Source: an uncultured Clostridia bacterium | GTDB taxonomy: Bacteria; Bacillota; Clostridia; Christensenellales; CAG-138 | Reading direction: 5' to 3' | Length of the DNA: 64,000 nt | Assembly (NCBI GenBank): GCA_946411635.1 | Contig: CAMKES010000010.1 | Location: 6,446 to 70,445 of the forward strand | In this document: positions 45,866 through 54,056 of the stretch, one piece after another | Numbering within the stretch: the first letter of the stretch is position 1 | How the letters are laid out: each line of letters opens with the position of its first letter | The notes under the pieces: generated by a model | What the model saw: only the letters and a program-made list of their open reading frames with translations | What the model was told of the DNA's origin: nothing | The model's database searches: none | Position numbers and translations under genes: made by a program

Positions 45866-47608
45866 TTATTTGTACAGACCGCGCTCGGTGTAATGCGTAT
45901 GCAGAAGCTCGTGCGCCTTGTGGCCGTTCGGCTCGCCGAGGTAGTCGCGGTAAAGCGCCTGCACTTCGGGGTTCTCGTGGCTCTTGCGGAGCGGCATATT
46001 GTCGTCCTCGCCGTAGAGGCCGGCCGCACGCTTTGCGCGGAGATCGACGAAGTTCCGGACGGAACCGGGCTGGATCGGCTGACCGCCGCCGTTGACGCAG
46101 CCGCCGGGGCACGCCATGACCTCGACGAACTCGTACTGCTTCTCGCCGTTCTTGATCATGTCAAGGAGCTTCGAGGCATTCTCGAGGCCGCTTGTGACCG
46201 CAACGCGGACCTTGACGCCGTTGAGGTCGTATTCGGCTTCCTTGATCGCCGCGGTGCCGCGGACGTCGTGGAATTCGACCTTTTCAAGCGTCTTGCCGGT
46301 GACGACTTCGTACGCGGTACGCAGCGCAGCTTCCATAACGCCGCCGGTCGCGCCGAAGATGTGACCTGCGCCGGACGCAACGCCCAGCATCGGATCGCAG
46401 ACCTCTTCGGGGAGCTCCGCGAACTTGATGCCCGCGCGGCGGATCATGCGCGCCAGTTCACGCGTGGTGAGCGACACGTCGACGTCCGGTCTGCCGTCCC
46501 GACCGAGTTCGGAACGCTGCACCTCGAACTTCTTCGCGGTGCACGGCATGATGGAAACGACGAAGATCTTCTTCGGGTCGATGCCCATCTTCTCGGCATA
46601 GTAGGACTTGACGAGTGCGCCGAACATGCCCTGCGGCGACTTGCAGCTGGACAGATTCGGAATGAATTCCGGATAGTAGTGCTCGCAGAACTTGATCCAG
46701 CCGGGGCTGCAGCTCGTGATCAGCGGGAGCTTGCCGCCGTTCTTGAGGCGGTTGATGAGCTCGGTGCCCTCTTCCATGATGGTCACGTCAGCCGCATTGT
46801 CGACGTCGAAGACCTTGTCGAAGCCGAGACGGCGGAGCGCCGCGATCATCTTGCCTTCAACGTTCGTGCCGATCGGCATATCAAATTCCTCGCCGAGCTG
46901 TACGCGGACGGACGGCGCCGGGCCGACGACCACGTGCATTTCGGGATCGGAAAGCGCTTTCCAGACCTTGTCGGTATCGTCGCGTTCGGTGAGCGCGCCG
47001 GTCGGGCAAACGCTGATGCACTGACCGCAGTTGACGCAGGACGTGGTCGCGAGCGGAAGATCGAATGCGCTTGCGATGTGGGTCTTGAAGCCGCGCTCGT
47101 TTGCGCCGATGACGTTGCAGTGCTGGTTGTATTTGCAGACAGCCACGCAGCGACGGCAAAGGATGCACTTCGAGTTGTCGCGGATCAGATGGATCGCGGA
47201 ATCGTCGATGTCCGGTTCGGTGGGTGCGCCTTCGAACTTATGCGCATCGCAGCCGTATTCCTGAGAGAGTGCCTGCAGTTCGCAGTTGCCGCTTCTTACG
47301 CAGCTCAGGCAGTCCATGCGATGGTTCGAAAGCATCAGTTCGAGCGTCATCTTGCGGGATTCGCGAAGCGCGGGCGTGTTCGTCTGCACTTCCATGCCTT
47401 CGGCGACCTGCATCAGGCACGCAACGGGGTTCGAACGCGCGCCCTTGACTTCGACAACGCACATACGGCATGCGCCGATCGCGTTGATCTGCTTCATGTA
47501 GCAAAGGGTCGGAATCCGGATGCCGGCAAGCTCCGCCGCTTCCAGAATCGTGGAACCCGCGGGAACTTCGATCTCCATTCCGTTGATTTTCATTTTGATG
47601 GTATCCAT
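45866..47608 (-). CDS. hydA: [FeFe]-hydrogenase catalytic subunit, HydA/HndD type (M3 architecture with a fused small-subunit-like tail)
   Basis: 580 aa. Accessory domains are an N-terminal 2Fe-2S domain, a His-ligated 4Fe-4S domain and 2x[4Fe-4S]. H-cluster motifs are MPCTAKKFE and EVMACPGGCVNGGGQP. The L1 motif reads TSCSPGW (see findings). Confidence 0.92.
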   Translation of the reverse strand: MDTIKMKINGMEIEVPAGSTILEAAELAGIRIPTLCYMKQINAIGACRMCVVEVKGARSNPVACLMQVAEGMEVQTNTPALRESRKMTLELMLSNHRMDCLSCVRSGNCELQALSQEYGCDAHKFEGAPTEPDIDDSAIHLIRDNSKCILCRRCVAVCKYNQHCNVIGANERGFKTHIASAFDLPLATTSCVNCGQCISVCPTGALTERDDTDKVWKALSDPEMHVVVGPAPSVRVQLGEEFDMPIGTNVEGKMIAALRRLGFDKVFDVDNAADVTIMEEGTELINRLKNGGKLPLITSCSPGWIKFCEHYYPEFIPNLSSCKSPQGMFGALVKSYYAEKMGIDPKKIFVVSIMPCTAKKFEVQRSELGRDGRPDVDVSLTTRELARMIRRAGIKFAELPEEVCDPMLGVASGAGHIFGATGGVMEAALRTAYEVVTGKTLEKVEFHDVRGTAAIKEAEYDLNGVKVRVAVTSGLENASKLLDMIKNGEKQYEFVEVMACPGGCVNGGGQPIQPGSVRNFVDLRAKRAAGLYGEDDNMPLRKSHENPEVQALYRDYLGEPNGHKAHELLHTHYTERGLYK

Positions 47609-47619
47609 GGTCGCCCTCC

Positions 47620-49413
47620 TTATTTCTTGATGATGGCCGAGAACTTACAGCCTTCCATGCAGGCGCCGCACTTGATGCACTTCGACTGATCGATGACGTG
47701 CGGTTCCTTGACCTTGCCGGTGATCGCGCCTGCCGGGCACTTGCGCGCGCAGAGCGTGCAGCCGCGGCACTTGTCGGGCTGGATCTCATAATGCATGAGA
47801 TTCTTGCAGACGCCCGCCGGGCAGCGCTTTTCGACAACGTGCGCCTCATACTCGTCGCGGAAGTACTTCAGCGTGGACAGAACCGGGTTCGGCGCCGTCT
47901 GGCCGAGCGCGCACATCGCGTTCGCCTTGATGTACTTGCAGAGTTCTTCCATCTTGTCGAGATCTTCGAGCGTGCCGTTGCCGGACGTGATCTTGTCAAG
48001 CATTTCGAGAAGGCGTCTCGTACCGATACGGCACGGCGTGCACTTGCCGCAGCTCTCGTCGACCGTGAAGTCGAGGAAGAAGCGGGCGACGTCGACCATA
48101 CAGGTGGTTTCGTCCATGACGATCATACCGCCGGAGCCCATCATCGCGCCGATCTTGGTCAGGTTGTCGTAGTCGATCGGCAGATCGAGGAATTCCGCCG
48201 GGATGCAGCCGCCGGACGGACCGCCGGTCTGAACGGCCTTGAACTTCTTGCCGTTCGGGATGCCGCCGCCGATGTCGTAGATGATCTCGCGGAGCGTCGT
48301 GCCCATCGGGATTTCGACGAGGCCGGTGTTGACGATCTTGCCGCCGAGTGCGAAGACCTTGGTGCCCTTGCTGCGCTCGGTACCCATGGAAGCGAACCAT
48401 TCCGCACCCTTCAGAATGATCTGCGGGATGTTCGCGAGGGTCTCGACGTTGTTGATGATGGTCGGCTGACCGAACAGACCCTTGTTCGCCGGGAACGGGG
48501 GCTTGTTTCTCGGCTCGCCGCGGTTGCCCTCGATGGAGGTCAGAAGCGCGGTCTCTTCGCCGCAGACGAACGCGCCTGCGCCGAGACGGACTTCGATGTC
48601 GAAATCAAAGCCGGTGCCGAAGATGTCGGTGCCGAGCAGGCCGTATTCGCGAGCCTGTCCGATCGCGATCTCAAGACGCTTGACGGCGATCGGGTACTCA
48701 GCACGGACGTAGATGTAACCCTTGTTCGCGCCGATCGCATAACCTGCGATCGCCATTGCCTCGAGCACCGCATGCGGGTCGCCTTCGAGAACGGAACGGT
48801 CCATGAACGCGCCGGGGTCGCCCTCGTCCGCGTTGCAGACGACGTACTTCTGCGGAACCTTGTTCTTCGCGGCAAACTCCCATTTCATGCCGGTCGGGAA
48901 GCCTGCGCCGCCTCTGCCTCTGAGGCCCGAATCCTTCATGACCTGGATAACCTGTTCCGGGGTCATTTCGGTGAGGACCTTGCCGAGCGCGGCATAGCCG
49001 TCCATCGCAATGTACTCTTCGATCTGTTCCGGGTTGATGACGCCGCAGTTGCGAAGCGCAACACGCATCTGCGTCTTGTAGAAGCCGGTCTCCTGCAGAG
49101 ACGGGACCTCTACCTTTTCCTCGCCTTCGCTCTCGCGATACACGAGACGGTCGACCACGCGGCCCTTGAGAAGATGCTCCGTAACGATCTCCGGAACGTC
49201 CTCAAGCTTCACGCGGCTGTAGAACGTGCCCTCAGGGTACACGATCATGACCGGACCCAATGCGCAAAGGCCGAAGCAGCCCGTGCGTACGACCTTGACT
49301 TCGTCGGCAAGGCCGTTCAACGCGATTTGTTCTTCCAGCGAATCGGCAATCTTGACGCTGCCGGAAGAGGTACACCCCGTACCGCCGCAAATCAAAACAT
49401 GCGTACGAATCAT
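47620..49413 (-). CDS. hydB: NuoF-like flavoprotein subunit of bifurcating hydrogenase (HydB/HndC)
   Basis: 597 aa. It has an N-terminal thioredoxin-like 2Fe-2S domain. The NuoF FMN/NADH module is present (GRGGAGFPTG, CGKCTPCR). It has C-terminal 2x[4Fe-4S] ferredoxin motifs. Confidence 0.92.
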   Translation of the reverse strand: MIRTHVLICGGTGCTSSGSVKIADSLEEQIALNGLADEVKVVRTGCFGLCALGPVMIVYPEGTFYSRVKLEDVPEIVTEHLLKGRVVDRLVYRESEGEEKVEVPSLQETGFYKTQMRVALRNCGVINPEQIEEYIAMDGYAALGKVLTEMTPEQVIQVMKDSGLRGRGGAGFPTGMKWEFAAKNKVPQKYVVCNADEGDPGAFMDRSVLEGDPHAVLEAMAIAGYAIGANKGYIYVRAEYPIAVKRLEIAIGQAREYGLLGTDIFGTGFDFDIEVRLGAGAFVCGEETALLTSIEGNRGEPRNKPPFPANKGLFGQPTIINNVETLANIPQIILKGAEWFASMGTERSKGTKVFALGGKIVNTGLVEIPMGTTLREIIYDIGGGIPNGKKFKAVQTGGPSGGCIPAEFLDLPIDYDNLTKIGAMMGSGGMIVMDETTCMVDVARFFLDFTVDESCGKCTPCRIGTRRLLEMLDKITSGNGTLEDLDKMEELCKYIKANAMCALGQTAPNPVLSTLKYFRDEYEAHVVEKRCPAGVCKNLMHYEIQPDKCRGCTLCARKCPAGAITGKVKEPHVIDQSKCIKCGACMEGCKFSAIIKK

Positions 49414-49428
49414 TCTGTCTTTCCTCCG

Positions 49429-49800
49429 TTATCCTTCCACCGCACCGATGGTATATTTTGTGACGGGCTTGCCGCCGATCAGATGCTCTTTAACGATCTC
49501 GGGAACCATTTCGGGCTTGACCTTGACGTAGGTCACGCGCTCCTTGTCACCCTCGAATACTTCAACGATCGGCTCAAAGCGGCACATGCCGATGCAGCCG
49601 GTTTGCGTGACGGTCACGCGATCTCCGAGGTTCTGCTCCGCAACCTGTTCCACAAGCGCGTTCAGAACGGGACGCGCGCCTGCCGCGATGCCGCAGGTCG
49701 CCATGCCGACGACGACGCGGATCTCACCGGTGCCTTCCCGAAGCGCGACCTTGTTTTTCATTCTGTCACGAATCTGTGCAAGTTCTTCCAACGTTTTCAT
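49429..49800 (-). CDS. Thioredoxin-like [2Fe-2S] ferredoxin (HndB/HydD-like)
   Basis: 123 aa. Cys motifs occur in MATCGIAAG and GCIGMCRFEP. It lies between the regulatory genes and hydB. Confidence 0.8.
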   Translation of the reverse strand: MKTLEELAQIRDRMKNKVALREGTGEIRVVVGMATCGIAAGARPVLNALVEQVAEQNLGDRVTVTQTGCIGMCRFEPIVEVFEGDKERVTYVKVKPEMVPEIVKEHLIGGKPVTKYTIGAVEG

Positions 49801-49837
49801 GTGATTGATCCTTTCGTTCTGTTATTTTTGAATATCG

Positions 49838-50392
49838 TCAAGCCTCCGCAGCATACTGCTCCGTCAGCATATCCCGGATCCATGCGAGGACCTCGTATTC
49901 GTCGAGAGGTACCTCTTCTCCCAATACCTGTCTCAGCTCGCGCGTGTCGAGTTCGACCGTGCGATCCGGCAGCGTGTGCCGGAAAACAAAATCCGTTTCC
50001 GCGCTTCCGCGGATCAGGAGCGTGATCGTGGAAACTACATCGCCGAGCGGCGTGAAATCCAGATGCGTCTTATCGAACGTCGCCGTGATCTCCGTCCCGC
50101 AGTGTTCCGGATCGACCGATCGTTCCACGGAACGGATCGAAAGCGATCCTCCGGTCTGTTCGGCCGCCAGCTTCAGAAGCGGGATCCCCATCCCGACCTT
50201 GCGCGTGGTGCGCGTCGTGGAGAACGGATCGACGACGGTCTTTAAAAATGCTTCGGACATGCCGTATCCGTTGTCGCGGATCGTGATCGTGAGCGTCGTT
50301 TCCGTTTCGTCCAGCAGGATCTCGATCAACGTCGCTTCGGCGCGGATCGAATTCTGCGTGATGTCAAGAATGTTCAGCGAAAGCTCTTTCAA
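49838..50392 (-). CDS. Stand-alone GHKL/histidine-kinase-like ATPase domain protein (no HisKA/DHp domain)
   Basis: A TTG start at 50392 (GGGAGGG upstream) overlaps the PHP gene stop (TTGA). N-box NILDITQNS, G1 DNGYGM and G2 GMGIPL are present. The ORF-track N-terminal extension to 50698 is rejected. Confidence 0.75.
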   Translation of the reverse strand: MKELSLNILDITQNSIRAEATLIEILLDETETTLTITIRDNGYGMSEAFLKTVVDPFSTTRTTRKVGMGIPLLKLAAEQTGGSLSIRSVERSVDPEHCGTEITATFDKTHLDFTPLGDVVSTITLLIRGSAETDFVFRHTLPDRTVELDTRELRQVLGEEVPLDEYEVLAWIRDMLTEQYAAEA

Positions 50393-51108
50393 AGCGTTCC
50401 CTCCCGCAGCTTCCGGAACAGTGCATGCCGCACCGCTTCGGGTTCCGTGCCTTCCACGTCCAGCGTGATGCTTCCGCCCGCATCGCCGATCTCCCAAAGC
50501 CGGTGTGCATCCGAGCTCAGAATGATCGCGCGTCCCTCCGCCAGATCGCGGTTCTTCGCCTCGCGCAGTTCCGCAATGTGAAACACGGGCTCCGGCGGAA
50601 ACGATCCGAGGACTGCCAGAAGTCCGTTCGAATCGCGGTCGATGTGCGCCGGCCAGCATACGCCGTCGTACGATGCGACGAGCTCCGCAGCGGCACACAG
50701 ATCCAGGTCCGTCGCCGCCGGCAGGAAGAACGGTTCTTCGCCGATCTTCTCGTCGCGCTCGTTCAAAATCGGCTGTTCGCCGAACACGTCGACGCGGTTT
50801 TTGATCCGCATCCGGTGCGGCCGGATCTCTTTCCCGAACGACATCGCCGCTTCAAGCGTTTCGAAGACGCACAGAAGGTGGATGTCCTCCGCCGTCGTCA
50901 GTTCCATCCCGGCCACGGGAACGATCCCGTATTCCCCGCACGCGGCAAAGAATGCCGGACAGTTGTCGACCGCGTTGTGATCGGTCAGCGCGAGAAGTCC
51001 GATCTCATTGAGATGCGCCATGCCCGCAATGTTGCAGGGCGTCATATCCATGTCCCCGCACGGGGACAGGCACGAATGCAGATGCAGATCGTACTTCAGC
51101 GTCCTCAT
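50389..51108 (-). CDS. PHP-domain metal-dependent phosphoesterase
   Basis: 239 aa. DLHLHSCLSPCGD and LTDHN motifs are typical of the PHP fold. Confidence 0.8.
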   Translation of the reverse strand: MRTLKYDLHLHSCLSPCGDMDMTPCNIAGMAHLNEIGLLALTDHNAVDNCPAFFAACGEYGIVPVAGMELTTAEDIHLLCVFETLEAAMSFGKEIRPHRMRIKNRVDVFGEQPILNERDEKIGEEPFFLPAATDLDLCAAAELVASYDGVCWPAHIDRDSNGLLAVLGSFPPEPVFHIAELREAKNRDLAEGRAIILSSDAHRLWEIGDAGGSITLDVEGTEPEAVRHALFRKLREGTL

Positions 51109-51434
51109 CCGATCAGTGCGCCGACTTCGACGCAGACGGAAAAGGTCGACTTATCCGAAAGCAGAAGGTTCAGCCCGTGGACCCTCGCCGCGTTGACCGC
51201 GGCTTCGTCCGGACGGACGCCTTCAGAAAACACGATGCAGGCGCAGTCGGTCAGCTGTCCGACCGCCGCAACGTTCACGTTCGACATGATCGTGACCCAG
51301 CAGTCGCCGCTCTCGGCGCGGCCCATGACCCAGCTCAGCAGATCCCCCGCGTATCCGCCGGTGATATCGCGATCTCCGTCGGACAGCAGTAAGGGCTCAT
51401 ATCCGGTTTTTTCGATCAGTTCGCGTACCGTCAT
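51105..51434 (-). CDS. DRTGG-domain protein (copy 2)
   Basis: 109 aa with a DITGGYAGDLLS motif. It overlaps the PHP gene start by 4 nt. Confidence 0.75.
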   Translation of the reverse strand: MTVRELIEKTGYEPLLLSDGDRDITGGYAGDLLSWVMGRAESGDCWVTIMSNVNVAAVGQLTDCACIVFSEGVRPDEAAVNAARVHGLNLLLSDKSTFSVCVEVGALIG

Positions 51435-51441
51435 ATCGTTC

Positions 51442-52725
51442 TCACTTTCCGTCGTCGCGTTCCAGCTCCCGCAGCAGTTCCCGCATGCGGATCACGCAGT
51501 CGTCAAGCTTTGATTCTCCGCGGACGACGTCCTCCGCGTGCGCGCGGCACGTCGGCGCGCCGCACGAGCCGCAGTCCATTCCGGGAAGCAGATTTCTGAT
51601 CCGCTCGATCTCGGACATCATGCGGAAAGAAAGCATCCGGTCCGCGTTCAGGATCTCGGCAGAGCTGTATTCGCCCGGTTCGACCGTCATGACTTCATGC
51701 GGGATCGGTTCGTTCTCGCCGAGAATGACGTGATTCTGCGCGACCGGCATATACCGCTGCAGCGTCCGGATGCGGACGCGCGCGATATAGGGATTCTCGA
51801 CCGCCATAACGCCGCCGACGCAGCCGCCGGGACAGGCGTTCATCTCGACGAATTTCAGATCCGGGAAATGTCCCATCTCGATATCGTCAAGCACGCGGAT
51901 GATGTTCTCGATGCCGTCCGCCGCGAGATAATGGTCGTTCATCAGCGCGCTTGCTTCGCCGCCGGACGACGACCAGCTCATGCCGATCATGCCGGACTCG
52001 GATGTGATCTCGGGGATCCTTGCCCGATCCATTTTGGACAGGAGGCGGAAGTAAATATCGCTCATCGAAACGACGTAGTCGACGTAACGTTCCTTATCCG
52101 GCGGCGTGTTCTTGACCCAGCTCACCTTCGCGGGACAGGGTGAAATGAACACGGTGCGGACGTCTTCCGGTTTCAGTTCGGGGTTTTCCTTCAGCGCGCG
52201 CTCCTTCGCGAGCTTGCCTGCAAGCTCGATCGGCGGCGCGATCGGGACCATCTTGTTTCTGAGCGTCGGGAAACGCAGCGAGATCAGACGGACGACGACC
52301 GGGCACGCGGTGCTGATGAACGGCGCGTGTGACATTCCCATGCGCTGCATGTACGTGCGCGTGTAGTCCGTGACCATTTCCGCCGCTTTCGCGACTTCGA
52401 AAACCTCGCTGAAGCCGAGGTTAATGAGACCCTGCAGCAGATAATCCGTATCGTCCAGATTGGCAAACTGGCCGAACAGCGACGGCGCGGGAAGCGCGAT
52501 CAGATACTTGTCGTGATCGATCGAATCCCATTCGTCGAAGCTCGCTTTTTTTGCCTTGTACGGACAATGCCGAATGCATTCGCCGCAGTCGATACAGAGG
52601 TTCGGATTGATACAAGCTTTGCCGTTTCGGATCCGGATCGCCTGCGTGGGGCAGCGGCGCAAGCAGGTGGTACACCCCTTGCACTTCGTCTCATCCAGGG
52701 ATACGGAATGCTTGTATACGATCAT
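51442..52725 (-). CDS. Putative sensory [FeFe]-hydrogenase-like protein (HydS-like, group D-type architecture)
   Basis: 427 aa. The N-terminus has 2x[4Fe-4S] motifs (CKGCTTCLRRCP, CIDCGECIRHCP). The degenerate H-domain motifs are STACPVV, SPCPAKV and MNACPGGCVGG. The C-terminus carries Cx2Cx4Cx16C (CGSCGAPTCRAHAEDVVRGESKLDDC). Confidence 0.8.
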   Translation of the reverse strand: MIVYKHSVSLDETKCKGCTTCLRRCPTQAIRIRNGKACINPNLCIDCGECIRHCPYKAKKASFDEWDSIDHDKYLIALPAPSLFGQFANLDDTDYLLQGLINLGFSEVFEVAKAAEMVTDYTRTYMQRMGMSHAPFISTACPVVVRLISLRFPTLRNKMVPIAPPIELAGKLAKERALKENPELKPEDVRTVFISPCPAKVSWVKNTPPDKERYVDYVVSMSDIYFRLLSKMDRARIPEITSESGMIGMSWSSSGGEASALMNDHYLAADGIENIIRVLDDIEMGHFPDLKFVEMNACPGGCVGGVMAVENPYIARVRIRTLQRYMPVAQNHVILGENEPIPHEVMTVEPGEYSSAEILNADRMLSFRMMSEIERIRNLLPGMDCGSCGAPTCRAHAEDVVRGESKLDDCVIRMRELLRELERDDGK

Positions 52726-52734
52726 GTCTCCTCC

Positions 52735-53169
52735 TTATGCGGATCTGAATTTCATTTCGATCGTCGTGCCGACACCGACAACGGAATCGATCTTGAGTTC
52801 GTCCGAATACCGTTTCATATTCGGAAGGCCCATGCCTGCTCCGAAGCCGAGCGAACGAATGTTGTCCGGTGCGGTCGAATACCCTTCCTGCATCGCAAGG
52901 TTTACGTCCTTGATGCCGGGGCCGACGTCCTTCAGAATGACCGTGACGCACTCCGGCGTCACGTAGACGTCCGCGTCTCCGCCCTTGGCGTGGATGACCA
53001 TATTGATCTCGCCTTCATACATGGCGACGGAGATCCTCCGGATTAGATCCGGATGGAATCCCATCTGCCGAAGCATGCGCTTGACCTGCACGGATGCTTC
53101 GCCGGCAGACGTGAAATTGTTTCCGTCTACGTCGTAATGGAAATGCAGTGCTCCCTGTTCCGGTGTCAT
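52735..53169 (-). CDS. RsbW/SpoIIAB-like anti-sigma-type serine kinase (HATPase_c_2) protein
   Basis: 144 aa. Motifs EGEINMVIHA, DVGPGI and GFGAGMGLPN are present. It is a single-domain GHKL kinase-like protein. Confidence 0.72.
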   Translation of the reverse strand: MTPEQGALHFHYDVDGNNFTSAGEASVQVKRMLRQMGFHPDLIRRISVAMYEGEINMVIHAKGGDADVYVTPECVTVILKDVGPGIKDVNLAMQEGYSTAPDNIRSLGFGAGMGLPNMKRYSDELKIDSVVGVGTTIEMKFRSA

Positions 53170-53504
53170 CGTCCCAAGCCGCCTTCGTATAGTTTTCCAC
53201 TGGACTCATACATGGTAAGGTCCGTTTCCAGCAACGCGATATGGTTTTCCTCGGCAAGCCGCTTGATCTCGGTCGTTGCGATCTTGCCGCGTACGATGAT
53301 GATGCAGCGCATATCCAGCATGTGCGCAGTGCGTACGATCTGCGGATTCAGCAGTCCCGTCAGAAGGACGTCGCGATTCTCCGCAAAAGCAAGCACGTCG
53401 CTCATCATGTCGCTGCCGAACGCACCGGTCAGATCCTCGTCGAGCTGTTCGGGCTCGGCATACACGGTTGCGTTCAGGCGTTCGGCCATCTCCCGGATCG
53501 TCAT
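53166..53504 (-). CDS. DRTGG-domain protein (copy 1)
   Basis: 112 aa with a DLTGAFGSDMMSDVL..LLTG motif region. It overlaps the kinase-like gene start by 4 nt. Confidence 0.75.
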   Translation of the reverse strand: MTIREMAERLNATVYAEPEQLDEDLTGAFGSDMMSDVLAFAENRDVLLTGLLNPQIVRTAHMLDMRCIIIVRGKIATTEIKRLAEENHIALLETDLTMYESSGKLYEGGLGR

Positions 53505-53520
53505 GTTCGTTTCCTTTCGA

Positions 53521-54018
53521 TTATGCGCGGAATTTGTCTACAATGCCCTTGACGTCCGCCGGAACCAGACGGCCGTACACTTCGTCGTCGATCGTCATGA
53601 CCGGAGCAAGACCGCAGCAGCCGAGGCAGCGCGTTGCTTCCAGCGTGAACTTGCCGTCGTTCGTCGTGTGACCCGCCTTGATGCCGAGCTGACGCTCCAG
53701 CTCCGCAAGAATGTCCGCGGAACCTTTGACGTAGCACGCAGTACCGAGGCAGACACGGATCAGATGCTCACCCTTCGGCTCGAGCGTGAACCACGAATAG
53801 AACGTGGAAACGCCGTACACCTGCTCGAGCGAAACACCGAGTCCTTCGGCTACCATCGTCTGCACCTCGATCGGCAGATACCCATAGATCTCCTGCGCCT
53901 TCTGGAGCACAGGCATCATCGCGCCGGACTGGCCCTTGTGCTGCGCGATGACTTCCTTCAGTTGCGCCTCCTGCTCGGGGGTTCCCCGGAACGGGATCTC
54001 AGTAATCTTGTTCGTCAT
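53521..54018 (-). CDS. hydC: NuoE-like thioredoxin-fold [2Fe-2S] subunit (HydC/HndA)
   Basis: 165 aa. NuoE Cys motifs are CLGTAC and CLGCCGLAP. It is the first gene of the hydrogenase operon. Confidence 0.9.
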   Translation of the reverse strand: MTNKITEIPFRGTPEQEAQLKEVIAQHKGQSGAMMPVLQKAQEIYGYLPIEVQTMVAEGLGVSLEQVYGVSTFYSWFTLEPKGEHLIRVCLGTACYVKGSADILAELERQLGIKAGHTTNDGKFTLEATRCLGCCGLAPVMTIDDEVYGRLVPADVKGIVDKFRA

Positions 54019-54056
54019 ACATCCTCCTTAGAAGTTCAGATAACTGACCAAAGGAT

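Noticed and set aside
45893-50025. 598-aa and 775-aa plus-strand ORFs over hydA, hydB and the ferredoxin gene.
   Set aside because: They are antisense to the hydrogenase genes, whose Fe-S and H-cluster motifs are unambiguous.
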